DNA from: Kudoa neothunni
Lineage: Eukaryota > Animalia > Cnidaria
NCBI GenBank assembly: GCA_964304625.1
Contig: OZ199839.1
Location: forward strand, 5,834,311-5,898,310
Reading direction: 5' to 3'
Length of the DNA: 64,000 nucleotides
Shown: piece after piece, positions 14,119 to 27,138 of the stretch
How the letters are laid out: every line of letters begins with the position of its first letter
How positions within the stretch are numbered: position 1 is the stretch's first letter
The notes under the pieces: generated by a model
What the model was told of the DNA's origin: nothing
What the model saw: the letters and a program-made list of their open reading frames with translations, nothing else
Databases searched by the model: none
Made by a program: the position numbers and the translations under genes

Positions 14119-15420
14119 AATATATACTTTACGCTAGTTACTGTTTATTGTCTTTTAAAGCCATTTTTTCATCTTTTCAAATTTTATTTCGGCGTATAAT
14201 TTAGAATAATTCAAAATAACTTTCGACAAAAATATCGATAATCTTTCATAGTTGATAATTGATATTCTTGTCCTTCCTAATTTGTAGACAGGGAGAATAT
14301 TGGCTGTTTCCATATTATACTTCCTATCTTCAGTGCAATCAAAGTTGGATTATCCAGAAAGGAAATTGCTAGTTCCAAATTTCCTATTTAATTGTGGTTT
14401 GAATGTGTTTAGATCAAAATGATTGTTAATAAAAAAATAACACAAAATTATTACACGGACAAATGAACTTCTTATTAGCACTTATAAAACTTGAGTATAA
14501 ATTAAATTTATAAAAAAAAATTTTCTATTTTAAAATATAATAATTCTTAATTAAAATCAAAAATACAAGGAATATCGCGATTATTTTATACAGTAGACAA
14601 GAACTACAGTAATGGGTCGATCGTACGTAATCCCACTGGGGACTTCAAAAATGAAATATACTAGATCCTGACGCAGGAACCAGTTGAGATTAATATCTTA
14701 TTTTTTTTCTTTGTATTTTTCAGATAAATATCTTTTGGAATTGTTTATGACTGGAGCTACTTTTTTTGTATTGATGTGGGATAAAATTTTTTTGGGCAAG
14801 GATCAATTTTCCATTCAAACAAAAATTCATAATTTTGTATATTTATATTATTTATGTTTCATTTTTGTGACTATTTTATTAAAATAAGCGGTTATAATGC
14901 TCCAACCTTCGAAGCATATGAAAAATCAAAAATGCGGCTTACTAGTCAAAAATTTTGGAGGACACCTGTCCTATCCCAATACGCATATCTCGTACTATAT
15001 GCAATATACTTTACATCGGGTGTGTTTTTTTTGAGTTTCATTATGCCAGTAATATTTTAATTGCAGAAATATGTTAAACATAAATATTTAATTACTAATG
15101 ATGTTTCTGAGTTTTTTATAGAATGAAATTGTTTTTTTTTGTTTAAACTATGAGCTTAATCATATTATTAAACACCAACAAATCATAATTATATAAATAT
15201 CATCAGTCTACATCTGTAACACAGAATTTTTTCCACATACTTGTTAAATAAAGAAGCGAATTTAAGTTTTTTATTAATGCTCTACTACAAAAATCAACCA
15301 AGTCGATCTTAAATAAATAAATTAATTAATACACACAAATAATGATATTGAAGATTCTCATTTAAAATCTAATTTATTTACGGCTCATTATTTATTATTA
15401 CACTCAATATGGACCACAAT

Positions 15421-17854
15421 ATGAAATATTATCTCTGTTGGAATTCTTTTATATTATTTGCTGTATCTCATGTGTTAATCATGATTATTCTAATTCCTCA
15501 GTTGATATTGTTGAAATATGTACTAAAAACCGCAAACAAGATCTAAAACAAGTAAATAGAATATAGACTTAATTCAGATATCTTGAAGAGTAACAATTGA
15601 GATAAATCTAAAATAGAATATGCTAGATTACCATTATTAATAAATTAATGAATCACTTTTCAGCTAACTGACAACTTAAACTTCGTCATATAGTTATATT
15701 ATTGAAGTGCTGAATTCGTGTATCATGATATGGACATTTTTGTGTCCTACGAATTTTTATCATATTGGTCAGTGGTCATTCAATTTTTTTGCCGGAGGAA
15801 ATAAAAAAATGTAACCTCAATCGAGATATGGAATAAACGATGCAGTTCTGCATAGATTAGAGAGTTTGGAATAGTAATATATAAAAAAATGACGACTGCC
15901 TGGTTTGTTTGTTATGAGAGAAAATCTATCCGGTATTATACCAAGAGAGTCGAGGAACAAATCAAACTCAAATTCGACTATTGCAAAAGTAATTCCATTA
16001 GCATTGAACAGCTTTAAGTGCCAATCGAATTGAATTTTGGTTAAAAATACCATTTTATTCATATTATCTGTATCTTGTTAACAAAACCCCCGAAGAATTG
16101 GTTCATTGCTTGCATCATACCTAAAAATAATAATTACATTCATATTTATTGCTGTATTAAGTGAAACTAAATAAAAAAGTAAGTAAGTAATTTGATAAAA
16201 TATAATAATTAATATTCAAGATAAAGATATTAATCAAGACTATTTATATGCTGCCTTTAAAGTGTGCCAGTGGAACATTGATGAAGCGTATGATATTGTA
16301 GTAAACATAGCGTATTCCCTGATCTATATATATATATATATATATATATGAGTACATAAATATATCGATTAATATTAATTTAGTATCTTTTAAGCTACAA
16401 TGCATACGACTACAACCAAATATTGGAGAGAAATCTGAAATCGTTAATTCCTATTGGAAAAATTCAAAGAATGACATGTAAGCAGGTGAAAATTGACGAT
16501 AGGTTAAGCGGCCTGGTTCAACATATAAAAATAGATACAAGTTTTTCTGTGTGGAAATTGGTCTCATGCATTCCTTCAATAATATAGTAATCTACAGAAA
16601 ACAGACTACAGGCCCTACGTGTATTCGTCAAAAATGGGGGTTATATGTGGGGAAATTCATCAACTCACCTAATCTATATGAAGAATGGATGGTGATAGAA
16701 ATATCGCTTCAAAATATAGTTTACACATCAGTTGTGAATAATTTTTCCTACCTAAGTAGGTATAGAATAATACATGCAACACACTTTGTATTATTCCAGG
16801 TAGTGTCTATCTATGTTAAATATACGATGATCATTTAGATATCGACTATATAGGAGAAACGTTTTTCTAATGTTGATGGAAGAATTTCACATCCCTGTAT
16901 TATCAATGAATACACTGATGTTGTTTACACAAATATGCTGAATGAAATGTGCATTGCGAAACCTTCAGAAAAATATCGAGTAGTATTTGTTGGAAAAATA
17001 CGATTTGGAAGCTTGTGTGTCTCTAATTCATCACGTACTCCATAGTAATGATATCTGTGGCAGAAACAAAAACTGCAACTTTAATAGTATCAAAAATAAT
17101 CTCTTTAACAACAAAAAATAATGTGATCAAAATATTTTAAAAATTCTATAAATGATACGTTAAATATATTTACAATGATTATTTTGTTAATCCGAAACAA
17201 AAAAATATTAACGTAAGAGAATCACTGCTACAACATATAAATCAAACTTTTGTCATGGATCAAAAAAATCTAACATTATTAGTAGCCCAATGTTTGTCTT
17301 TTGTAAATTAGTTTTAATTGTGATTCTAAGAAATTAATTATTTATTTGATAAATGTTTCCAACTCAACGTTATTCATGCGTTATTGCGAGATAAATCAAT
17401 AATATCTGAAGATACTTTGATGTCTCTTGAGTCAATGTAGATCGAGAACATTTTAGGTCTGCTTATTTACATATTTAGTTTTTCAAAAAAAATCAATTCA
17501 AAACTTGAGTATATATTTTTTGATTCACTATCAAGTGAAAAAGAAATTGAAATTATGTAAATAAGATCATATTATCGATAAATGTGTTATTTTAATAGAA
17601 ATAAAGTAAAATCTACTACAATCACGGACACCTCTACCATTGTACCAACTACAGATCTGCTTTCTCGAGTGTCTAAATTCATAGAATTTAATGAAACCCA
17701 AACCAATCCTAAATTGTGTAACTTCGCCAACTGTACCCATAAAATTACAGTGATAACCTTGATATGCCTTATTGCGATAATTCTGATTGTTTCAATTTGT
17801 TTGTGCATAAAAAATTTGTGTTTATATACAAGGAATCTCCACAGAGATCTTTGA
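15421..17854 (+). pseudogene. Divergent GDA1/CD39-like gene, copy 3: signal peptide, NTPDase fold, Ser/Thr stalk, C-terminal TM; contains stops and a frameshift
   Basis: MKYYLCWNSFILFAVSH (signal-like); YSYIIEVLNSCIMIWTF (ACR1 position); RLPGLFVMREN; CQWNIDEAYDIVVNIAYSL (aligns without gaps to ACR3 TGQEEGAYGWITINYLL); IVYTSVVNNFSYLS; ISHPCIINEY; CFQLNVIHALLRDK; STTITDTSTIVPTT stalk; TM ITVITLICLIAIILIVSICLCIK. Confidence 0.7.
16326..16349. repeat. (TA)n microsatellite
   Basis: Read directly. Confidence 0.95.
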
Positions 17855-19697
17855 AATACTCTCGTTATATTTTGTTTTCTTTTTAGTGTATTTTTGATGG
17901 TTTATATTTTCGTTATATTATTAATTCTTTTTATTGCAAAACTTATCATTTTATCTTTAACCGTCGAAGGATCGTGTGTTGAAAACTTCAGTATGTGCCC
18001 ATTGGGAGTCGTTTTTGACCCTATCATTACTTTCTTATTTTATTGTGCAATTGAATCAAAAAGTTATTATTGGAATTATTACTCTTAACGCATGATATTG
18101 TATTTTTAAAATATATGTTTATTATATTTACATTGTTGATAGTTTCTGAAAGTATAATAACGGGGGTTCAATCAAATATAGATAATAAATGCACACAAGC
18201 GTCCATACTGAAGTCAGGCATGATTTCAGGACAAAATGATTATTCACAAAATTAAAAATGAGATTAAATCTGGGTCACGTTTGTAAGTATTTGAGTATGT
18301 TTATCCATTCAAATAAAACAAATTAAATACGAAAAATTTACAATAGGTTTGTTTAACAATAAATTACATTAATTTATTGTTAAATCCTTAAGAGAGAACA
18401 ATTTATTCAAAGATTACATCAATCGAATTCCAAACTACACACCTGCCAATATAAAACATTTTTTATATTTGAGAGATGAGCTAATAGGTATCTTGTAGTT
18501 ATTGCACCGTACATTAGTTTTTCGATCAATATTTCATGAGAAAAATACACCCGTGGTCTTTTCCATGGATCAATGCTTTCCGTCATTTTGCCGTTTCGCC
18601 AATATCAATACATTTATTAAATAGCTCGAAACTATATTATAAATGCGAACGATAATGACCTTTGAAAGTCTGGCACAAATATTCACCGATAAGTTACGAT
18701 GCCCCCCTTGAAGTTGGTACATTTACATTGCAGTTTAGCCTCAAATTATTGATATCGTTATCAAAGGGCATTCCTAAATATAAATTTCTTCTTAAATTGA
18801 TAATCAATAAGTAAATAATATGTCGTTGTTTATTTTTATCATTTAATAATTTTACTAAAATGTTAAAACATGAAATGTGGGGAGCATGTTCTCAATTATA
18901 CAGGCATTTTTCCTAGGATAAATTTTCATATTTTTCAAAAGCTCGAATTTTTATTGTATTCGAATATATTTTCTAAGGTTAAGTGGATCTTGTACGGAAA
19001 TTTATGAGTTATTCATTTTTAAAAGTAAGGTTTACTTAAAATTGAGTCAAGAGAGACCCCACTTGGTCCTGGGGAGGTTAATTGGTAACCTTCTGGCATT
19101 CCTGATTTAGGTGACTTTGGGTTCGATGAACCCACCTGGATTAATTTCTAGCATTTATTGGATTATATTTTAAGTTGTATTCGCTCAATTCAATACGTTT
19201 TAGATAGGCCTTGCAGGTTTCGACTTACAATTCATGAAAAAATAATTTTAGTTTTCAACGATCAAAACAAATATTGTGACTAAATATGAGTTAAAGCATG
19301 GATGGATCGTTTATCAGACAATCCCATTCTTTCTTTCCAAAATATATAGTTCATTTCCCCCCAAATTCACTATCAATAGTTGGTTTATTCAGATCTTTGA
19401 GTAATTACATACAGTAAATTATATTCACTCGTTAGTTCTCTCTTGTCTTTAGTATGTATTAGGTTGCACAGATCATCAATATTGTCACCTTCAACCGACA
19501 AATGAATGCTTAGATCGATGCGTTTAACCCTCGGAAGACGGAACTCGAAAAACTTACGCGTGTGCCGAAGGGGGGCCTAAGGTACCCCATAGGTTTTTCA
19601 ACTTAAATCGCTTGCAGGGATAAAAAATTTGTTTTATCTGGTTATTACTTAGTTTAAATTAAATTAACCACCCAAAACGTGGCGATATTTAACCAGC

Positions 19698-21602
19698 GGT
19701 AATCACGGAATGTGTGGCTCCAAAATTTAACATTGTTTCGCATGTCCCCCATTCTCAATTTCACTCACCATCAACTTGGCACAATTTATAAATTTTGAGC
19801 GATGAGAAAACAACGTAAAAAATTATGAAATAAAATTCTCACTTTTTACTAGTCTTGGTCCCTTCGGTTGTCATTAAAATAAATTACGAACTCGGGGCAT
19901 GATTACCTAATTGTTTTAAATTTATTTTTGAATACTTGTTTGACTGATTTGTCATAAAAACTTAAATTTTAATATTATTTTTTTCATCGAGTTTACTGTT
20001 TTTGATTTAAATGGTATTAAACTACATATTTTAATAGTATTCATGGATTTATTGAAAAAATGAACGAGTACTTATAATCAATTGTTCACTCGTTAATTTT
20101 ATGTATTCGTTTTGCTAAAATTTCTTTAAATTCAGTTAGCGTATGTCTATGTGAATCTTTTAGTTTATATATTTTTTAAATTAAATATGAGCATGATTAA
20201 ACATGTTTTTCGAAAAATCTATCTAAATTTACCAAATATTTATTCAATATTTTTCTACCATTAAAAAGTCTTACGTATAAACATCGCAAAATACCTTTTA
20301 ATAGATAAAATATTTTGGTTAGTTCTAAAAAAGTACCAAAAATAAAAAAAAACAAATTATATTATCAATTAAGCTTGGTTTTTATAAAAGCTGATTAGGC
20401 TTAAAAAATTTTTTAACACGAGTTATTGCTTTTTTTTATACCAAATCAAAAGTATGATATACTTTGTTCAATTTTATAATTATAATTTTAAAGAAATATA
20501 CAAGATAGTTGATAAACTTTAGAGCTTAAATTGTATTTTGTTAAATATGAATTTCTCAAAAACATGGATGGTTTATGGTATTGAAAAAAATGTCAATTTT
20601 AAATTCAACAAAATTCCATTACCCCACAAAGTAAAAAATTTATTAACTTATCAATATTAATAAGAAGTTCATAAAACCTTATCTGGGTAAAAATTTATTC
20701 CATTACAACATTAGCATTATAATTTGATGCGAATTATAAGGATCTGTTCATAATAGAGACAGACAATTACCGACGCCCAAAGGAATCAAAAATGACATTA
20801 AAAACTTATTGGTTAACGATTACAACGTCCAAAATCTGTCCTATTTTTTTTATCACGGTTGCAATCCGTAACACATTACACATAATAACAAGGTTTTACT
20901 TAAACATTCACCTATAATAAATAGTTTCAAATTTATTCTAGCTGATAATGTTTGAAGAAACTATAACAGTGTCCTGCTTTCCCGGAAGATGCTTGCGTTG
21001 TACTGTTTATTATACACGTTTCCATTATTCAAGAATTGAAGAAAATTTTTTTTCTATTTTATATGAAATTGCTGTAAGAATAAATAAATTTATATAGAAT
21101 GAAAATTATCAGACATTATCTTAGTAAGTTCCATAGATCCTGCCAGAGATGTATATGTTTGTGTTAACCAACCCACGCCTTATATACCGTTTGACTCCAA
21201 TCCCCAATAGATTGCCAAGGACTGTTTTTATCGAAGAAATAACGATCAAAAACAAAGGAATGCTGGTCACTAATCTTAAATTATAAATAAATATACCTGT
21301 AAAAAATATCCCAATCAAATCAAACTGATTAAAATCAAAGTCGAAAAAAATTCGTTTATGTATATTGCATATGAGATTAAACTAATTTTCGACGAATAGA
21401 GTGGAAAAACCCAGGTAAAACGATATTTAAAGACAGTAACGAGGATCCGCGGCACATCTGAATGGACCAAGACTAGTAAAAAAGTGAGAATATTATTTAA
21501 TAATTTTTGATGTTATTTTCTCTTCACTCTATTAAGTGAAATTGAGATTGTGGGACATGCGAAACAATGTTAAATTTTGGAGCCACACATTCCGTCATTA
21601 CC
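19698..21602. mobile_element. Long-TIR element, probably Mutator-like (MULE)
   Basis: Imperfect terminal inverted repeats of about 140-165 bp (GGTAATCACGGAATGTGTGGCTCCAAAATTTAACATTGTTTCGCATGTCCC... versus 21464-21602). Flanks TTAACCAGC and TTAACCTAC match 7/9, consistent with a 9-bp TSD. Interior heavily decayed. Confidence 0.75.
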
Positions 21603-22099
21603 TTAACCTACTAGGAATAAATACGAGCAATTCGTAGCAATCACTTTTAAGAAAACAAGAAATCCCTCAAGAATATAGGTTATGCTTGTATAATGCTATT
21701 AACTAATTATTGGAAACCTCAAGGTTGATTTTCAAGTGCATTTGTCACTTGAAAGGAACGACTGACAAAACCGCCAAAACAAAAATGTATGAAAATTCAC
21801 ATTAACCTCATCTTGTGACCGTGGTGTTAAGAGGTAGGAATAATCACTTCCCTTTAAACAACTATCTTTTCTGTTATAATTTTTATTCTATGGTAAAAAT
21901 CATGGCTGATGTAAAAAGAAAAACCCTGTTGGAATAAAATTAAATATTAATCGACTTATACTTTCAAAATTAATATACTACCAAGAGCGCTCGTGTCTTA
22001 CAATAATCTCAGGATAATTTCCAAGCTTGTTAGGCTCTTTCGGTAAAGAATAAAATTAAAACTTATTCACCATTTGAATTGAATTTAATTTATCTGATA

Positions 22100-22811
22100 A
22101 TGTACTCCGATGACTCAGAAGACTTAATAAGTGATAGTAAACTAGACGATGAAATAGACAGTGATTTGGAGTTTGAAATACCCTTATCGGATGCTTCTGC
22201 CTAGGAAGATATTACCGAATCTTCGGATTTTTTGACGATTTTGAAATTTCTAATAAAATATATATCTCAAAATCTAATTTTTAATATGATTTTACAAATA
22301 GAGTACGCGCAAAAACAAGGTCTTACAATATGATCAATGCTAAACCTGGTCTCATAGGCAATGCTCAAAAAGTTGATTCAAAAATGGGCTCATTCTCACT
22401 GTTCCTCTTAGACATGGTTCTTGAAAAAATTTTGTATTACACGAATAAATATTGCTTGTGTAATAACAAATATATGGATGAATTAAAAGCCTTTTTAGTC
22501 ATTTTGATTGTATCCCGCCGGTGCAATGGGACAAAGTTATCCCTTAAACAGATTAGGGATACCAACCCATTATTTAAGCAATTTTTTTTCAGCGACTCTC
22601 GAAAGAGATAGGTTCAACTTGATTTACCTTACTTTACGGTTTGATGATAAGACAACTCGCCTTGAGAGAATTGGTACATCTGGGGACAAACTTGAGGCCA
22701 CTCGAGAGGTCTTCGACATCGTGAACGTATCCTTCCGCAAAAACTATTCTCCAGAAAAGTATATCACTGTCAACGAAACAATGGTTGGATTTTATTGTAG
22801 CTGTCCCATTC

Positions 22812-22861
<50 letters not shown>

Positions 22862-23700
22862 GATAAGCCACAACGATATGGTATGAAAGTATGGGTGGCC
22901 GCTGATGTGAAGATTTTGTATCGCCTAAATATTCAACCATATTTGGGAAAAGTTGGTGGAACAAGAGTAGATAAACAAAGTGAACGAGTCGTAAAAGATT
23001 TAATGGAACCATATGATGGAACTTGTAGAGGACTCATTACAGATAAATTTGTTATTTCTGTCCCACTTGCGCTTTTTCTCTTAAACAACAGCATCACCTT
23101 AACTGGTACAATGAGACGGAATAATACATATATTCCACCCATACTCCGGGATGTAAAAGATCGCCAAGAATTATCTTCGGCTTTTCTGTTACTCTGGCGA
23201 TCTAACTCTTGTTAATTATGCCCCTAAAAATCACAACGTAATACTATTATCTACGGAAAACCATGACTCTGAAATTGAATCAAGTGACAGAAAAAGATTC
23301 TAGATAATTGCACATTAACTAATAAAAGGGGGAATGGACAACGGTGATGGTACGACCAATTGTATTCCTGGGCTAGAGCAACTAGAAGATGTCCCCTCCG
23401 TGTTTTCCTTGAGTTGGTTGATATAGCTGCATTGAATGCGTATATCATATACACAACAAAATTCACGGATTGGAGTAAAACAGATCGCATCCGAAATCAG
23501 TACTTCTTTCGAGAGTTGGCCACTGAATTGATTGAGTCAGATATCTTAGTTCGTCAAAACAATTTAACTTCTATCCACAATACAGTATTACACGACCAAG
23601 ATTTAAACATGGCGCTCGCTAGTCAGTTTTTAAGAATTAAAATTCAGATATACCTGTTGAACCAGAAATCATTAATAAAATAAGAAGAAAATACGAAATT
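22100..23700 (+). mobile_element. piggyBac (PGBD4-like) transposase pseudogene
   Basis: Acidic N-terminus; ILYYTN...ELKAFL; RDRFNLIYLTLRFDDKTTR...DKL; ITVNETMVGF; KPQRYGMKVW; ITDKF; TGTMRRN; YSWARATRRCPLRVFLELVDIAALNAYIIY. Frameshifts and stops present. Confidence 0.92.
22813..22857. repeat. (TA)n expansion inside the piggyBac ORF
   Basis: Read directly; translates in frame as (IY)7. Confidence 0.95.
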
Positions 23701-23713
23701 GTTAATACGAAAA

Positions 23714-24935
23714 ATGGGGAAAAGATTTCCCAACAACTCTAAATATACATAGTTTGATATAATTTCTAAATCCATTCAGAATGGGAAGACCAACCGTCAA
23801 ATATCTGAGTCTCTGGGCATTCACGAATCTACGATAGGTAGAATTGTCAAAAAGATAAATGAAACAGGGTCAGAAGAAAGACTTGCAACAGGTGGAGATC
23901 GCCGTTCATTATTGATTGCTGATCAAAAACAATTTATTTTTTATAAGGTGGATGACAATTGTACGTTATCCCTTAAACAATTATCTGAAAAGGTCTTCGA
24001 GAAATACTCCATTCGGGTTTCTCTACAAACCCTCTTCAGAGTTCTGAATGAATTCCACTATACCCTGAGAAAAATATCATTAGTGCCAGTAGACAGGAAT
24101 TCCCATAGAATCATTCCATTTATATACGAGTATAAAATTAATTTTTATAATTGGCTTATGATTTTCTTAGTAATGTAAACGAATACATCCGTCTGGAACC
24201 AGAATATTCTGAAATTCTATTAATTGACGAATCTTGGTTTTATCTGCCTACTCGACGTTCTTAAGGCAAATCATTTACGTGAACTAGAGCAAACTTAAAA
24301 GTGAAATCTATTAGATACCAAACATTACGTTAATAGCAGCCACGAGCAGTAAAACAATTTGGAGATTTAAAATTTACATAGGTGGTGTAAACCAATTTAT
24401 TTTTTCTTCATTTTTAACGAGTCTTCAAAAATTTGGAAGAAAATTCAGTAGAAAAAGCCATTTTAATAATGCATAATGTCACATTCAACAAAACCGAGGG
24501 TGTAAGAGCATTGATTGAAAACAGCCCCCATAAATTGTTACTGTTACCACTCTATTTATCATTCCTTAATCCGATTGAGTTAGGTATTTGAACAACTTAA
24601 ATCCATTGTGAAACGGAAGGTACCCAAAACACTTTCAGAGTTTCTCGAATGTATTAGAAAAAATCTCAGAAGAAATAACAGGAGCGAACTGTGCGAATTA
24701 TGTGAAGCATTCAAAATCTTAATTCTCTGTCTAATTGCACAAGGAAGAAAATTAACGATTAGAAATAAAAAATATATATGAATAAAATTTAAGCATCCTC
24801 TGTTATTTCAACGTTATATAACTTTTTTTAAAAAAGTTTCATTGACACTTTTAAAATAAAGTTTACATTCTAAGAGGTATGCGCCATTTTTGCATCTTGA
24901 TTGGAAAAGTTTGCATCTTGTCGTGAAATACTATG
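23714..24935 (+). mobile_element. IS630-Tc1-mariner superfamily DD34E transposase remnant, 5' TIR missing
   Basis: HTH region ISESLGIHESTIGRIVKK; LSLKQL...VSLQTLFRVL...YTLRK...P..RN; ILIDES; IM(H)NV followed by 34 residues to LNPIE. Right end ...CGTGAAATACTATG|TA. Confidence 0.85.
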
Positions 24936-25809
24936 TATAGTAGATATAAATTTAATGGAAGTAGCTATTGATACGGAAAACAATATTCAGAGGTCACTAG
25001 TTTTGGCTATATTTAATTATTTCTAGATCACCACTTTGCTCTTAGGGGGTAGGAATAATTAAATAGAGCAGATTCTAGACAATTAAATCCGTATATTGCT
25101 TGTGAGCAAAAGTCACTGAGATTAAAAATTTCCATCACATAAGCGCAGACGCCGTTTAAGACTAAATTTTACTGTCTATAGTCTCTGCCTAATAAATTTT
25201 AGGAAATAATATAGATTATAACAATACTACGCGTGTATTAAACAGGAAAGTGTAGACTCTGATAAACCACTAATAACCTATATAATATTTAGTCGTATTG
25301 GTGCATTTATTCAATAAGTATCTATTCGCTATATAGATCAGTATTGGATTATAGAAGTCCTCGCTCGTATGGCTTAATGATTGATCAAAGCGACCCTCAC
25401 ATAAACTACACATTAATTACGGCTTCGCTGACTTTTCCAAAAGGCGATGAGTATTTAGTTGTTGCGATAGTCATGATTTTGTCAAATTATTCATAATATT
25501 TTGATCGTCAGTCATCTGAATAACATTTTTTGGTATAAATTGATAATGTTTGCGATTTATGTTATATTTTGATGCATTTGTATCGTTGTTCTTGTTATGG
25601 TTTTCGTCATGAACAAAATGATTCATATATAGATCAAATAACAAGAACTTATCATATTGGGCATGAATTATCATATTTGGTCCTTTAACTTTAGGTGAAA
25701 TAGTTTTGAGCAGATTGAACATGTTTAAGGTGTATTTCGGTTGGGGTACGTTAGTGACCCCAGTTGGGTCATCCCGGTTCTTTTATCGTAGTTGGTGCAG
25801 GAAGGGTTT

Positions 25810-26828
25810 ATTCATTCATTAAACCGATAGAATGAAAAATTTAATTATTTTGTTATAACTAATCATCGTTGGTCGGATTCCTCCAAGATTCTATCGGATC
25901 ATGTATATTTGATTTATCATCAATTTGATCACTGAAATTATACTATCAGGGATATATGTGTAAAAGAAATCAATTTGTCTTCAGTAATTAAGACCACTGT
26001 TTTTTTATAAGAAATATTAAAATGCCATCCACATTGTTAACATTATCCATTTGTCGTATTCACATTATTTACATTAAAGATAATAAAAATACTTTCTACA
26101 TTGTTTTTAAAAATATTTTTTAAATTTGATCAACGATTAAATTCTGCTTTAATGAAAAAATTAATTCCGTAGGTTTGTTATCTATTTAATGTAAAATATT
26201 ATATTTAATTTAACCCTAAAACAATATAATAATAAAAGCGTACATTAATGTGTTATCATTATAGTTTTTTGATTTACATACAATGTCCAACAATTATAGT
26301 TTAAAATCAACAAATATACTCAGTTTAAAGAACAATATGCAATCCTGTAGCAAAAAACCAAGATACTAATAAATTTCTGCACGTGGATAAAATTTATAAT
26401 TATAAAATATTCCCGTTTTCTGCATTGACTATTAGTTCAACTTTTTTTGTTTAATGAATTAACCCTGAATCATTTTTATTAATAATAAAATAGATAAACG
26501 TTGACATCAACGTTTAATTTCTTTCTACTTCTTTAAAATAAAAATCATCAAACAATGACAATACACTTCGATTTTAAGAAATTGTCAAATTTCATGGCGA
26601 CTAAAATTAATGCGCAAAATCCATCGAAAAACCTCAAATGGGGATTGAATTTTAGTGCGAAATATCCATTTTCTAGTATTTGTAAAAAAAAGATCTTAAA
26701 TAAATAATCCCAAAAGTTTCCTTACCAGCTTAAGAGGCATGAGATAGAACTGCACTTTATAAAAGGATAAAATAATAACACTACGAAAAGTGCACAATAT
26801 CCACCTACGCAATAACCGTTGTTGACTG
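25810..26828 (-). mobile_element. Non-coding Tigger-like element, copy A
   Basis: Ends CCTACGCAATAACCGTTGTTGACTG|TA and is colinear, in reverse orientation, with 56482-57085 over several blocks. Confidence 0.8.
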
Positions 26829-27138
26829 TATTTTCTTTTCTTTTTAAAGTAAATATATGAATGAGTGTTTCGAAATGAAATAATTTTTAGGATGCATTTC
26901 CTTCTAGTTGTCAAAGATGTATCAAATTTTAATATTTTTTTCGTTAATATAAGTAAAATAAATTATAACCTGTCCAAATATTTAAGATGAATAATTATTT
27001 CCGAAATATTTTTATTGAGGCGTCATTGGGTTTAAGGCGAGAATTGATTATGTATATATAGATATGTATTATAATCCGATCAAACTTTTGATTTTCATAT
27101 TAAACGACAACTATCGTTTTTATCTTTTACAAAATATA

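Larger units (their letters stand above)
19530..25805 (-). mobile_element. Probable outer piggyBac-family element hosting several nested insertions
   Basis: Left end TTAA|CCCTCGG...GGGGGCCTAAGGTACCCC and right end GGGGTACGTTAGTGACCCC...GGAAGGG|TTTA share an inverted subterminal motif. Pairing the two ends as a single element is inferred. Confidence 0.5.

Noticed and set aside
17894-18255. Two short hydrophobic ORFs directly after CD39-like copy 3
   Set aside because: No motif or splice structure I could validate; hydrophobicity is expected from T-rich DNA.
19070-19140. tRNA-like A-box and B-box words (TGGTAA, GGTTCGA)
   Set aside because: No consistent cloverleaf; overlaps a piggyBac-like end.
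22634-23012. Minus-strand ORFs with (IY)n runs
   Set aside because: Artefacts of the (TA)n microsatellite inside the piggyBac ORF.
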